Source: Candidatus Eiseniibacteriota bacterium (lineage in GTDB: Bacteria; Eisenbacteria; RBG-16-71-46). Taken from it: DNA of 64,000 bases. Shown piece by piece: positions 9,801 through 19,539 of the stretch. The stretch covers positions 61,713-125,712 of the forward strand of contig JBGAOA010000001.1 in NCBI GenBank assembly GCA_044222065.1, in the 5' to 3' direction. Each line of letters opens with the position of its first letter. Within the stretch, counting starts at the first letter, position 1. The notes beneath the pieces are model-generated. The model did no database searches. It saw only the letters and a list, made by a program, of their open reading frames with translations, and was not told the origin of the DNA. A program made the position numbers and the translations under genes.

Positions 9801-12161
9801 ATGAAGAAGACCCTGCTCGCCCTCGCGACACTCGCGTCCCTCGTTTCCCGCCCGGCCTTCGCGGTGCTGGACGTGAACGATCGCGGGCCCGTGCTCAATC
9901 GCGGCAACTTCAACCTGCGCGTCACGAACGCGGGCATCCTCGGGAATCCGTTCCTCGACAAGGGACTCTCGAACGATCCGTCGTTCGAGTCGCCGCCGGG
10001 CTCGGGCTTCGAGCTGCTGAACTACGCCGCGCTGTGGGTCGGCGGCGTTCCCGACGGCGGTTCCGCGCGCGTCTCGGGCGGGCCGCTGCTCGAGTTCCGG
10101 CCCACGCTCGACAGCGCCGACCACGTGTGGCTCGGCGAGTTCGGCCGCCTCGGCTCGAAGCGTTTCTACGACGACGACAACGACGGTCGAACGGACGAGG
10201 AGATCCTCAACAACAAGGACGACGACGGCGACTTCGAGGTGGACGAGGACCTCGGACTCTTCTGCCAGCAGACCGCGACGGCGGACTACGTGGACGACCG
10301 CCCGGAGGCGGTGCAGTTCGTCTATCCCGGCGGTGAACAGCACCGGCCGCTCGGACTGTCCGTGCACCAGGAGGTCTACGCGTGGGCGGTGCCGGGCTTC
10401 GATCGCGCGGCGGGCGTCACCTACACGATCACGAACCACGGCGACCACGCGGTTCGCGACGTGTACCTCGGCGTGCTCGTGGACGGGGACTCGAAGCTGC
10501 GCAACGACCGCGCCGGGCACTTGAACGACGTGATGCAGCGTTCGCGTTACTCGCGCACGTACTACGCGGGCTGGGACAGCATCACGCTCGGCGGCGTGAT
10601 CCCGTGCCAGCGAAGGCCGTGCCCCCCCGGGTTCCCGTGCTACACGACGCTCGCTCAGTCCTTCCCCGTGATCGGCGACGGCCTGCCGGGAGCCGAGCTG
10701 CCTTACGTCGCGGCGGTCGGCCTGCATCACAAGACCGATCCGATCGCCGGGATCTTCGGCGCGGGGCACCCGTTCGCGCGCGCGCCGCGCAACGTGAACT
10801 TCCGCTACTTCACGTTCGCGAACGGACGCGTGCCGGGCCAGGGCGGGCTCCCCGTCACCGACGTCGATCGCTACGTCGCGATGCAGGGCGGCTTTCCGCA
10901 GGCGAACACGAGCACGCCCGACGACTACGTCGTGCTGGTCTCGTGCGGCCCGTTCCCGCTGATCGAACCCGGCGGCAGCGTGGACTTCAGCATCGCGCTC
11001 ATCGCCGGCGCGACGCTCGACAGCATCGCGGTCGAGGCCGGGAACATGGCGATCCTCGAGGACGGCGTGCGCTTCAACCGGCAGCCGGACAACTACCGTC
11101 AGCCCTGGCCGCGCGACTACGACCGGCGCGAAACCGGGATCAACGGCCACGAGGCGTGCGTCGAGCCGCCGCCCGGGGTCGAGTTCGACCTCGATCCCGA
11201 CTGTCCTCAGAAGTTCGCGAACGAGTTCGACAGCGGCCCCACGCCCGTCCCGCAGCACTACGAACACGGACGCTGCATCTGGACCGACGCCGACTGCGAC
11301 CGCTGCACGGGGAACGACGGCTGGGACACGTTCTTCCGCTGGGCGGATCCCGGCATGCAGCCGCCGCCGCCGTCGTTCCGGCTCGCGCCGAAGGACCACG
11401 CGGTCGAGATCGCGTGGGACAACCGCCCCGAGATCCTGCTGCAGGCGAACCTCGCGGGCGGCAGCGAGACGAAGTTCGTCGGCTACTACATCTGGAAGCT
11501 GCAGGACTGGCGTGAGCGCGAATCCCTCGTGCCGCCGCGTCCGCGCTGGGCGCTCGTCGCCGCGTTCGCGCTCGACACGCTGCTCGGCGCGAACCTGCTC
11601 TCGGACTACACCGACCCGTCGCTCGACTACGAGCGCATCCTGTACGAGCAGCCGCTCTACCCGGTGGGGCGTTACCGCTACCTGGACCCGGACGTCCTGA
11701 ACGGCTTCGATTACCTGTACGTCGTGACCACGGTGTTCGACGTCGCGGTGCGAGACTCGAACGGCTACATCTCGCACCGCATCGCGTACGCGCCGATCGC
11801 GACCGAGTTCGCGCAGCGTGTCGTACCGCGCACCGAAGCGCGCGCGAGCGGCAACGAGGTGTGGGTCGTGCCGAACCCATTTCGCGCGAACGCCGATTGG
11901 GACCGGCCGAGGACGCTCGGCGACGAACTGACGCGACACATCGACTTCATGGGACTGCCGCGCGCGCGTGTGACGATCAAGATCTGGACGGTCGCGGGGG
12001 ACCTCGTCGCGCAGCTCGACCACGACGGCAGCGGCGGCGACGGCCAGGCCGCGTGGGATCTCGTGTCCCGCAATGGGCAGGACGTGGCCTCGGGCGTCTA
12101 CCTGTTCACGGTGGAATCGGCGCTCGGGCACCAGACCGGCCGATTCGTGGTGGTGCGGTGA
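9801..12161 (+). CDS. Secreted protein with acidic Ca-binding-like loops, FN3-like region and C-terminal FlgD-Ig/T9SS-type domain
   Basis: Signal peptide MKKTLLALA; DDDNDGRTDEE...DDDGDFEVDED; C-terminus VVPNPF...IKIWTVAGDLV...WDLVSRNGQDVASGVYLF...RFVVVR. Confidence 0.85.
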   Translation: MKKTLLALATLASLVSRPAFAVLDVNDRGPVLNRGNFNLRVTNAGILGNPFLDKGLSNDPSFESPPGSGFELLNYAALWVGGVPDGGSARVSGGPLLEFRPTLDSADHVWLGEFGRLGSKRFYDDDNDGRTDEEILNNKDDDGDFEVDEDLGLFCQQTATADYVDDRPEAVQFVYPGGEQHRPLGLSVHQEVYAWAVPGFDRAAGVTYTITNHGDHAVRDVYLGVLVDGDSKLRNDRAGHLNDVMQRSRYSRTYYAGWDSITLGGVIPCQRRPCPPGFPCYTTLAQSFPVIGDGLPGAELPYVAAVGLHHKTDPIAGIFGAGHPFARAPRNVNFRYFTFANGRVPGQGGLPVTDVDRYVAMQGGFPQANTSTPDDYVVLVSCGPFPLIEPGGSVDFSIALIAGATLDSIAVEAGNMAILEDGVRFNRQPDNYRQPWPRDYDRRETGINGHEACVEPPPGVEFDLDPDCPQKFANEFDSGPTPVPQHYEHGRCIWTDADCDRCTGNDGWDTFFRWADPGMQPPPPSFRLAPKDHAVEIAWDNRPEILLQANLAGGSETKFVGYYIWKLQDWRERESLVPPRPRWALVAAFALDTLLGANLLSDYTDPSLDYERILYEQPLYPVGRYRYLDPDVLNGFDYLYVVTTVFDVAVRDSNGYISHRIAYAPIATEFAQRVVPRTEARASGNEVWVVPNPFRANADWDRPRTLGDELTRHIDFMGLPRARVTIKIWTVAGDLVAQLDHDGSGGDGQAAWDLVSRNGQDVASGVYLFTVESALGHQTGRFVVVR

Positions 12162-13531
12162 GGCTTCGCGCCGTGCGCCGCGTGCCGCTCGCCGCGCTGC
12201 TCGCGATCCTCGCGCTCGCGGGCTGCGGGAAGAAGGCCGAGCAGCTCGTCGCGCCGCCGCCGCCGCCGCCCAGCGTCACGGGAGTGTTCCCGGTGGCGCG
12301 CTCGACGCGCGTGCCCTACGACACCGAGATCTACGTCGAGTTCGGCGAGGCGCTCGACACGACGACCGTGAACACGGACAACATCTTCCTGAAGCTCGAC
12401 ACGCAACGCTATGCGTTCGAGCCGCGCTACGACGCGGCGCGCAGGCGCCTCACGGTCGTGCCGCTCGCGCCGCTCCGGCTGAGGCGCACCTACACGATCG
12501 AGATCACGAAGCGCGTGCGCACCGCGAGCGGCCGTGCCCTCGGCGACCCGTTCTTCTGGCAGTTCACGACGACGAGCCTGCGACGGCTCGAGCATCCGTC
12601 GCCCGGGGACGCCGCGACGCACGAGTCGCCGTTCGCGGCGCTCGTGTGGGACAGCACCGAGGCGGAAGCCGGCCTCGTTCAGTACACGGTCTGGGAGGGG
12701 CTCGACTCGGCGACGGTCGCCGCGCGCGGCGCCGACGGTCGGTCGCTCTACGAGTGGTGGTACCTCTCGCGCTCGCGAACGCCGCTCTCGGCGCGCCGCT
12801 TCTGGGCCGTGCGCGCACTCAACCGAGACACCGGCGAGACGGCGGACAGCCCCGTGTGGCGCTACGACGTCGTGCCGCCGGGACTGCCCGTGGACACGGT
12901 GTGGGTGCCTTGCCTGGACTTCGGCTATTTCACTCCGAGCAGCACGGGCGGGCGCAGCGTCTGCCGGGGCGGACCCTGGTCCGGGCCCGGCTACAACAAC
13001 GGGCTGTGGTGGCGTATTCCCCAGCGCACGGGCGGCTGGCGGCTCGCGGGACAGGACCTGCTGCTCGCCTACTCGTTCTTCGGCGGCACGCAGCTGCCGG
13101 GCGTGTCGCTATTCCCGACGAGCGGCGCGTTCGACCCGTGCCGCGTGACGCTACAGTCGCCTGCGCCGACCGCCGCGGAGGCGGCGAGCGGGCTGAGGGT
13201 CGGAACGCGCGACGTGCTGCGCTACCGCTCCGACTACTTCGCCGCGCATCTCGAGGCGTCCGCGCGCTACCACCGCGTGACGGGCTACACGATCGTGTCC
13301 ACGAACTGGCTCGTGAGCAGCGCGACGACCGGCGTGGACACGACGCGCGGCACGCTGCAGCTCTTCGCCTACCGCCTGCCGCCGGCGGTGATCGAGGCGA
13401 ACGAACGGCTCGAGGCCGAATCGTCGGCGCGCCGCGAGGCGGACCGCCTGCGCGGCACCGCGCTCGCGCGCCCCGCGCCCGAGCCCCGCGCGCGCATCGG
13501 CGAACGCCGCGCAGGATTCACCGCGCATTGA
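12158..13531 (+). CDS. Lipoprotein with N-terminal Ig-like (Big_5/SbsA-like) domain
   Basis: GTGA overlap with the upstream stop; lipobox LAGC; PSVTGVFP...IYVEFGEALDTTTV...YTIEIT...WQFTT. Confidence 0.8.
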   Translation: MRLRAVRRVPLAALLAILALAGCGKKAEQLVAPPPPPPSVTGVFPVARSTRVPYDTEIYVEFGEALDTTTVNTDNIFLKLDTQRYAFEPRYDAARRRLTVVPLAPLRLRRTYTIEITKRVRTASGRALGDPFFWQFTTTSLRRLEHPSPGDAATHESPFAALVWDSTEAEAGLVQYTVWEGLDSATVAARGADGRSLYEWWYLSRSRTPLSARRFWAVRALNRDTGETADSPVWRYDVVPPGLPVDTVWVPCLDFGYFTPSSTGGRSVCRGGPWSGPGYNNGLWWRIPQRTGGWRLAGQDLLLAYSFFGGTQLPGVSLFPTSGAFDPCRVTLQSPAPTAAEAASGLRVGTRDVLRYRSDYFAAHLEASARYHRVTGYTIVSTNWLVSSATTGVDTTRGTLQLFAYRLPPAVIEANERLEAESSARREADRLRGTALARPAPEPRARIGERRAGFTAH

Positions 13532-13588
13532 CGCTCGCCGGGCACAAGCGGCTTGACCCGCGCGCGCCGATGCCTTTCAACTGAGCCG

Positions 13589-14740
13589 ATGCGCCTCTCA
13601 CTCCCGTCCGTTGCGATCGTCTTCGCGTCCTGCGCGCTCGCCGCGCTCGCCGCCGTCCCCGCCGCGCGCGCGCAGGAGGTGCGCCCGTGGATCCCACCGT
13701 TCGCCGACTCGCTGTCCGCGTGGGGCGCGGAAGCGCGCGCCGCGTTCCAGACCAACAGCGGCGACTCCGTCGGAGGCTCGAACGGCCGCGCGTACGAACT
13801 CGTCGGCCGGATGTCGCGCCGGCTGCTGCGTTCGCTCGGCCGCGCGAACTTCACGCAGGCGGCGGCCGTCGAGGCGATGCTCGACTCGCTCGGGCTCGAC
13901 ACCGACGTCGTGATGGACCCCGCGCAGAACGCGTTCGCGCTCGTGATGGTCCACAACCCCTACCGGCCGGGAGCGAACGGCATCGGCTTCCTGCAGTGGT
14001 GGAAGGGCAACGACCTCCGCCTGCAGGGCATTCGTTTCGAGGGCGGGCGCGACGCCCGCATGCGCGTGTGGTGGAACGGCACGACGGACGCGCCCTACCA
14101 GGCGGCGATCGTCGAGGGCCGCCGCGGCGATCCGACGAAGCGCGTGCTCACGGTGCTCGCGCTCCAGCCGAACGGCTCGGCGTGGAACGTCGTGCAGCAC
14201 GAAGGCACGATCGCGCTGCCGCCCGCGACGGCCACCGAGTTCACCGATCTGAACCGCGACGGCAAGCCGGAACTCGTCGTGTGGGGGCCGACGACGGTGG
14301 ATTCGACGGTCGTCGGGTGCCGCGAGTGTCCGGGGCTGCTCGGCGAGACGACGTTCACGCTGCGCGACGGCCTGTTCGAGGTGTACGACACGCGGCTCAT
14401 GCCGTCGCCGCTCGCGACGTTCTCGCTGTTCGTGCGGCTGCTCGGCGAGTCGAACCGCGTGGCCGCCTCGCGCCTGTTGCGCGAGCCGTCGAAGCTCGAC
14501 GAGGCGATCCGGCTCGGCTTCGGCGCCGCGCGCTCCGGGAGCGCGTGGAAGGTCGAATACGCCGAGGAGCGCCAGAGCTGGCCGCGCTGGCTCGCGCTGC
14601 GCCACCTGGCCGGCAAGGGGCAGCCGCTCTACATCGTGCACTTCACGCAGCGCGACGGGCGCTGGGTCATCCTCGACTGGGCGGTGCCCGTGAAGGCCGC
14701 GCCGCCGCTCGCGCCGCCCGGCGCCAAAGGCAAATCGTGA
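13589..14740 (+). CDS. Exported hypothetical protein (CxxC), paralog of the next gene
   Basis: Signal peptide ending ARA-Q; DLNRDGKPE loop; CRECPG. Confidence 0.8.
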   Translation: MRLSLPSVAIVFASCALAALAAVPAARAQEVRPWIPPFADSLSAWGAEARAAFQTNSGDSVGGSNGRAYELVGRMSRRLLRSLGRANFTQAAAVEAMLDSLGLDTDVVMDPAQNAFALVMVHNPYRPGANGIGFLQWWKGNDLRLQGIRFEGGRDARMRVWWNGTTDAPYQAAIVEGRRGDPTKRVLTVLALQPNGSAWNVVQHEGTIALPPATATEFTDLNRDGKPELVVWGPTTVDSTVVGCRECPGLLGETTFTLRDGLFEVYDTRLMPSPLATFSLFVRLLGESNRVAASRLLREPSKLDEAIRLGFGAARSGSAWKVEYAEERQSWPRWLALRHLAGKGQPLYIVHFTQRDGRWVILDWAVPVKAAPPLAPPGAKGKS

Positions 14741-15873
14741 CGCGGGCCGGCCGCACCGCGCTCGCGGCGTTCGCGCTCGCGGCATTCGCGCTCGCCGGCT
14801 GCTCGCGGCAGCGCTACGAGCCGATCTCGGCGGACTCGACTTCGACCGCGCCGGCCGACTCGTTCGGGCTCGCGATCCGTGCGGCGACCGAGGCGTGGGA
14901 CTCGGGCGTCGCCGAGCGCGCCGCGGAACTCACCGCCGGCCTCGTCGCGCGCGATCTCGAGACGCGCGGCCTCGACGCCACTCCCCAGTCGTGGGGCGAC
15001 CGCGCCGAGGCGCTGCTCGACTCGCTCGGCTTCGGCCTCGAGCAGGCGTCGAGCGGAGGCGCCACGGTGGTCAACCTGTTCGCGCGCTCGAACCCGCAGT
15101 CGGGCTCGTGGCCCTACCTCTACTGGAGCGACGGCGAGCACGTGCGATTCCAACGCGTCGAGGGCTCGGGACTGCGGCTCTCGACCGTGGCCGCGCGCGG
15201 GCTCGAATCGCTGCGCGCGGCTCCGCCCGCGAAGCCCGCGGGGAAGGGCGCTGCGAAGGCGTCCGCCCGGGCGGCGCCGGCGCGGCCGGCGGCGGGCGTG
15301 GCGGCGCTGTTCTCGCGCCGCGCCGCGCTCGGCGCGCAGCCGACGCTGCTCGTGTGGCGCGCCGGCGCGAAGGGCGAGTGGACGCTCGCCCAGTCCCTCG
15401 GTCCCGATTCGCTCGGCCGGTTCGGCACCGCCGAGTTCGCGCTCGTCGACAGCGCGACCGAACTCGTCGTGCGCGCCTACGGTCCGACGCCGCGCTTCGA
15501 CGAGTGCGCGACGTGTCCGCACGTCTACTGGACGCGGCACTTCCGCTGGGGGGATGCGGGCTTCACGCGCCTCGACGAGGTGCTCGTGCCGTCGCCGTAC
15601 GCGACGTTCGTGAGCTTCGTCACGGCGCTCGCGGTGCGCGACGACGATCTCGCGCGCGCCCGCGTGAGCGATCCGAAGCTCGTCGAGGAAGCGCTGCGGC
15701 TCGGGTTCGCCGAGGCGCGCGGACTGTGGCGCGCGGCGCCCTCCACCGACGAGAGCGCGCGCGACATGGTGTTCCTGCGCGGCAAGCAGGAGGCCTATCA
15801 CGTGACGTTCGCGGCCGCCGGCGACGAGTGGGTGATCGACGGCATCGCCGCCACCACGAGCGTGATCGAGTAG
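14737..15873 (+). CDS. Hypothetical lipoprotein (CxxC), paralog of the previous gene
   Basis: C-terminal half of ORF 13687..15873; GTGA overlap; lipobox LAGC; CATCPH. Confidence 0.8.
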   Translation: MTRAGRTALAAFALAAFALAGCSRQRYEPISADSTSTAPADSFGLAIRAATEAWDSGVAERAAELTAGLVARDLETRGLDATPQSWGDRAEALLDSLGFGLEQASSGGATVVNLFARSNPQSGSWPYLYWSDGEHVRFQRVEGSGLRLSTVAARGLESLRAAPPAKPAGKGAAKASARAAPARPAAGVAALFSRRAALGAQPTLLVWRAGAKGEWTLAQSLGPDSLGRFGTAEFALVDSATELVVRAYGPTPRFDECATCPHVYWTRHFRWGDAGFTRLDEVLVPSPYATFVSFVTALAVRDDDLARARVSDPKLVEEALRLGFAEARGLWRAAPSTDESARDMVFLRGKQEAYHVTFAAAGDEWVIDGIAATTSVIE

Positions 15874-15991
15874 CTCCGTCCGCCCTCGCGGCCCCGAAAT
15901 CCGCGATTGCCGGCCCACTGCACAGGTGTATACTGCGCGCCCCGCGCCCGACGGAGGCGCCCGCCCGACGCTTCGCTCGAGGCTCGCACCG

Positions 15992-18367
15992 ATGCAGCCA
16001 CGCCCCTCCCGTTTCCTCGACCTGCCCGATCCGCTCCGCGACCACGACGCGCCGTTCGTCGCCTGGCTCGCCGAGCACGCCCGCCGACCCGAGAACCGCG
16101 GCGCCCTCGTCCACTGGGAGACGCTGCCCGCCCGTCCGGCCCGCCACGGCGAACTCGGACTGCCGCTGCCGCCCGTGATCGCGGACGCGCTCGGTCACCG
16201 CGGCATCGAGCGCCTCTACACGCACCAGGTGCAGGCCATCGACGCGCTGCGCGGCGGACTCGACACCGTGATCGTGACGGGCACGGCGAGCGGCAAGAGC
16301 CTCTGCTACCACCTGCCCGTGCTCGAGCGGCTGCTCGCCGAGCCGGACGCGACCGCGCTCTACCTGTTCCCGACGAAGGCGCTCGCCCAGGACCAGTTGA
16401 AGGGGCTCACGCGCCTCGCCGCCGGTCACGCCGACCTCACGCGCGCGCTGCGCGCCGGCGTGTACGACGGCGACACGCAGGCAACGACGCGGCGCCGGCT
16501 GCGCGACGAGGGCAACGTGATCCTGTCGAACCCGGACATGCTCCACCAGGGCATCCTGCCGTCGCACGCGAAGTGGGCGCGGTTCTTCCGGGCACTTCGT
16601 TTCGTCGTCGTGGACGAGTTGCACGCCTACCGCGGCATCTTCGGATCGCACGTCGCGAACGTGCTGCGGCGGCTCGAACGCGTCGCGCGCCACCACGGCG
16701 CCGAGTTCCGCTACGTGCTCTGCAGCGCGACGATCCGCAACCCGGGCGAACTGGCCGGGCGGCTCACCGGCCGCGACGTGACGGTCGTGGACGACGACGG
16801 CTCGCCGCGCGGCGCGAAGCACTTCGTGTTCTGGAACCCGCCGTTCCGCGACGAGACGCGCGTCGAGCGCCGCTCGTCGAACGGCGAGGGCTGCGCGTTG
16901 TTCGCGGGACTGCTCGAGCGCGGCGCGCAGACGCTCGCGTTCACGAAGTCGCGCGTGGCGGCCGAGCTCGTGTACCGCTACGCGCGCGAGCGGCTCGAGC
17001 GCGCGAAGCCCGGGCTCGAGCGGGCGATCCGTCCGTACCGCGGCGGATACCTGCCCGAGGACCGCCGCGAGATCGAGCGCCAGCTCTTCAGCGGCGAGCT
17101 GCGCGGCGTCGTGAGCACGAACGCGCTCGAACTCGGCGTGGACATCGGCGGGCTCGACGCCGTGGTCATGGTCGGCTCGCCGCCGACGCTCGCGAGCGCC
17201 TGGCAGCAGGCCGGGCGCGCGGGCCGGCAGGGCGGCACGTCGCTCGCGGTGCTCGTCGCCTACAACGAGATGGTGGATCAGTACCTCATGAAGCGGCCCG
17301 AGTGGTTCTTCGGCCGCTCGCCCGAGGCGGCGTGCGTGGATCCGCACAACCCGTACATCCTCGCGCAGCAGCTCGCGTGCGCGGCGTACGAGCTGCCGCT
17401 CGAGCCCGCCGACGAAGAGGCGTTCGGCGCGCAGATGGCGCCGATCCTCGAGGCGCTCGAAGAGTCGGGCGAGACGCGCACGATCGACCGGCGCTCGTAC
17501 TGGGCGAAGACCGAGTTCCCGTCGGCGAAGGTGAACCTGCGCTCGATCGGCGACGACACCTACACGATCCTGAACGCGAAGGACGCGAACGCCGTGATCG
17601 GTACGGTGGACGCGATCAGCGCGATGGAGCTGCTCTACCCCGAGGCGATCTACCTGCACGAAGGCGAGACGCACTACGTGCGCGAGCTGGACCTCGAGCA
17701 GAAGGTCGCGTTCGTCGAGCCGCGCGAGGTGGACTACTACACGCAGCCGGTGCTCGACACGCAGGTGCGCATCCGCGGCGAGTTGCAGCGCCGCGACTGG
17801 CGCGGCGAGAGCCTGCGCTTCGGCGAGCTCACGTACGCGTGGCAGACGATCGCGATGAAGAAGATCCGCTTCCACTCGCTCGATGCGATCGGCTACCACC
17901 CGCTCGCGCTGCCGCGACTCACGCTCGAGACCGCCGGGCTGTGGTTCGCGCCGTCCGAAGCGGCGTGGCGCGAGGTCGCCGGCCGCGGCCTCCAGCCCGT
18001 GAACGGGCTGTCGGGCGTGCGCAACCTGTTCGTGACGCTGCTCTCGATGATCACGATGTGCGATCCCTCCGACCTGCAGGGCACGATCGACTCGTCGAAC
18101 CTCGGGCGCCCCGCGCTGTTCCTGTTCGACCGCTACCCGGGCGGGCTCGGCTTCGCCGAGCAGGGCTGGGCGCGGACGGACGAACTCGCGGCCGCAGCCC
18201 TCGAGCACCTCGAGGCGTGCGAGTGCGACGACGGTTGTCCGTCGTGCGTCGGGCTCGCGATCCTGCACCCCGCCCAGCAACAGGATCCCGATCTGGGTCA
18301 CGCGCGTGCGATCCCGAACAAGGAAGCGGCGCGCGTGCTGCTCCGTCACTGGGTGAGCCGCGGGTGA
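15992..18367 (+). CDS. mrfA: DEAD/DEAH-box helicase with C-terminal DUF1998 (MrfA/YprA/Hrq1 family)
   Basis: LYTHQ, GTASGKS, PTKALAQDQ, DELH, SAT, NALELGVDIG, QQAGRAGR; C-terminal MCD...FDRYPGGLG...CECDDGCPSC. Confidence 0.92.
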   Translation: MQPRPSRFLDLPDPLRDHDAPFVAWLAEHARRPENRGALVHWETLPARPARHGELGLPLPPVIADALGHRGIERLYTHQVQAIDALRGGLDTVIVTGTASGKSLCYHLPVLERLLAEPDATALYLFPTKALAQDQLKGLTRLAAGHADLTRALRAGVYDGDTQATTRRRLRDEGNVILSNPDMLHQGILPSHAKWARFFRALRFVVVDELHAYRGIFGSHVANVLRRLERVARHHGAEFRYVLCSATIRNPGELAGRLTGRDVTVVDDDGSPRGAKHFVFWNPPFRDETRVERRSSNGEGCALFAGLLERGAQTLAFTKSRVAAELVYRYARERLERAKPGLERAIRPYRGGYLPEDRREIERQLFSGELRGVVSTNALELGVDIGGLDAVVMVGSPPTLASAWQQAGRAGRQGGTSLAVLVAYNEMVDQYLMKRPEWFFGRSPEAACVDPHNPYILAQQLACAAYELPLEPADEEAFGAQMAPILEALEESGETRTIDRRSYWAKTEFPSAKVNLRSIGDDTYTILNAKDANAVIGTVDAISAMELLYPEAIYLHEGETHYVRELDLEQKVAFVEPREVDYYTQPVLDTQVRIRGELQRRDWRGESLRFGELTYAWQTIAMKKIRFHSLDAIGYHPLALPRLTLETAGLWFAPSEAAWREVAGRGLQPVNGLSGVRNLFVTLLSMITMCDPSDLQGTIDSSNLGRPALFLFDRYPGGLGFAEQGWARTDELAAAALEHLEACECDDGCPSCVGLAILHPAQQQDPDLGHARAIPNKEAARVLLRHWVSRG

Positions 18368-18398
18368 TGCACGCGGACCTCGTGCAGGGGCGTGCCGC

Positions 18399-19310
18399 GT
18401 GCTGAACGACCGTCTGCGCGCGCGGCTCGGCGACCTCGTCCGCGAGCGCCGCTCGAACGGCGCCGGCGGGGAAGGCGCGGGCGGCGGCGCGAGCGAACGC
18501 GACGCCGCGACACCGGCCGGGCCCGCGAGCGCGCTCAAGCGACGGCGCCGTCGGCGCGTCGAGGACGGCGCCGCGGTTGCCGGCGTCGAGGCGTTCCTGC
18601 CGGGGGGCGAATGGCGGGACGGCGAGCACGTCGTGTTCGTGCACGAGCGACTGCGCTCCGAGATGGAGAAGCCGCGCCCCCACTGGGGGCGGCTCGCGCC
18701 CGAAGACGGCGCTCCGGACGAACTCAAGGCGCTCGCCGCGGACGGGCTCGAGCGCGTGCTGTTCCTCGACCTCGAGACGGGCGGACTCGCCTCGAGCCCC
18801 GTGTTCCTCGCCGGAACGATGCACTGGAACGGCGAGGACTTCGTGCTGCGCCAGTTCTTCGCTCGTCACTACGGCGAGGAGGCGGCGCTCATTCGCGCGC
18901 TCGTCCGTTCGGCGCGGGGCTTCGAGTGGCTCGTCACGTTCAACGGCCGCTCGTACGACGTGCCGTTCCTGAGGACGCGGTCGGTGCTCCACCGCGAGGC
19001 GTTCAGCCTTCCCGAACGCCACCTCGACCTGCTCCACCATTCCCGTCGTCGTTGGAAGGAGGAGTTGCCGGACTGCCGCCTGCAGACGCTCGAACTGCAC
19101 GTGTGTCGCCGTCGGCGCACCGGGGACGTCCCGGGAGAGGAGGTGCCGGGGCTCTATCACGATTTCGTTCGAAGCGGCGACCCGTGGCGCCTCGTGCCGG
19201 TCTTCCACCACAACCTGCTCGACGTCGTCACGATGGGTGAGATTCTCCACGCGCTCGCTGCGGGGCGCCCGGCACGTCGCGGAGCCGCTGTTTTCGCGGG
19301 TAATCGTTGA
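18399..19310 (+). CDS. mrfB: DEDD exonuclease, RNase_H_2 (MrfB/YprB family)
   Basis: FLDLETGGL, VTFNGRSYDVPFL, HLDLLH, CRLQTLE, HNLLDV; directly downstream of mrfA. Confidence 0.88.
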   Translation: MLNDRLRARLGDLVRERRSNGAGGEGAGGGASERDAATPAGPASALKRRRRRRVEDGAAVAGVEAFLPGGEWRDGEHVVFVHERLRSEMEKPRPHWGRLAPEDGAPDELKALAADGLERVLFLDLETGGLASSPVFLAGTMHWNGEDFVLRQFFARHYGEEAALIRALVRSARGFEWLVTFNGRSYDVPFLRTRSVLHREAFSLPERHLDLLHHSRRRWKEELPDCRLQTLELHVCRRRRTGDVPGEEVPGLYHDFVRSGDPWRLVPVFHHNLLDVVTMGEILHALAAGRPARRGAAVFAGNR

Positions 19311-19336
19311 CTCGCTCTTTCGGCGGCTCCTATACT
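19307..19336 (+). promoter_or_regulatory. sigma70-type promoter for the cold-shock gene
   Basis: TTGACT-N18-TATACT, about 200 nt upstream of ATG 19540. Confidence 0.7.
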
Positions 19337-19449
19337 TCGCGCGCACATCGAGTCGTTCTTCCGTGATCCTCCGTGGTGTTCCGTGATTCGTCGCCCGGGT
19401 TCTTCCATCATCCGCCGTTCGAGAGTCTTCACCGTCATGTGAGTCGCCC

Positions 19450-19485
19450 CGACAGCCTGCCGCTGTGCGGGGCTGTCGTGTTTTT
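19450..19485 (+). terminator. Terminator-like hairpin inside the cold-shock gene leader
   Basis: CGACAGCC (19450-19457) pairs with GGCTGTCG (19471-19478), followed by TGTTTTT. Confidence 0.55.
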
Positions 19486-19539
19486 GGTGTCCAGAGAGCA
19501 GGTCCACGTCAGTTCCCATCGAGGAGGCTCGCGGCGAGC

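Noticed and set aside
15500..15525. CATCPH as a c-type heme attachment site
   Set aside because: Heme binding needs CxxCH; a Pro intervenes and the paralog has CRECPG.
15992..18367. DUF1998 helicase as a DISARM/Druantia-type defence gene
   Set aside because: It is paired with a YprB exonuclease and has no methylase, SNF2 or PLD partners, which fits MrfAB repair.
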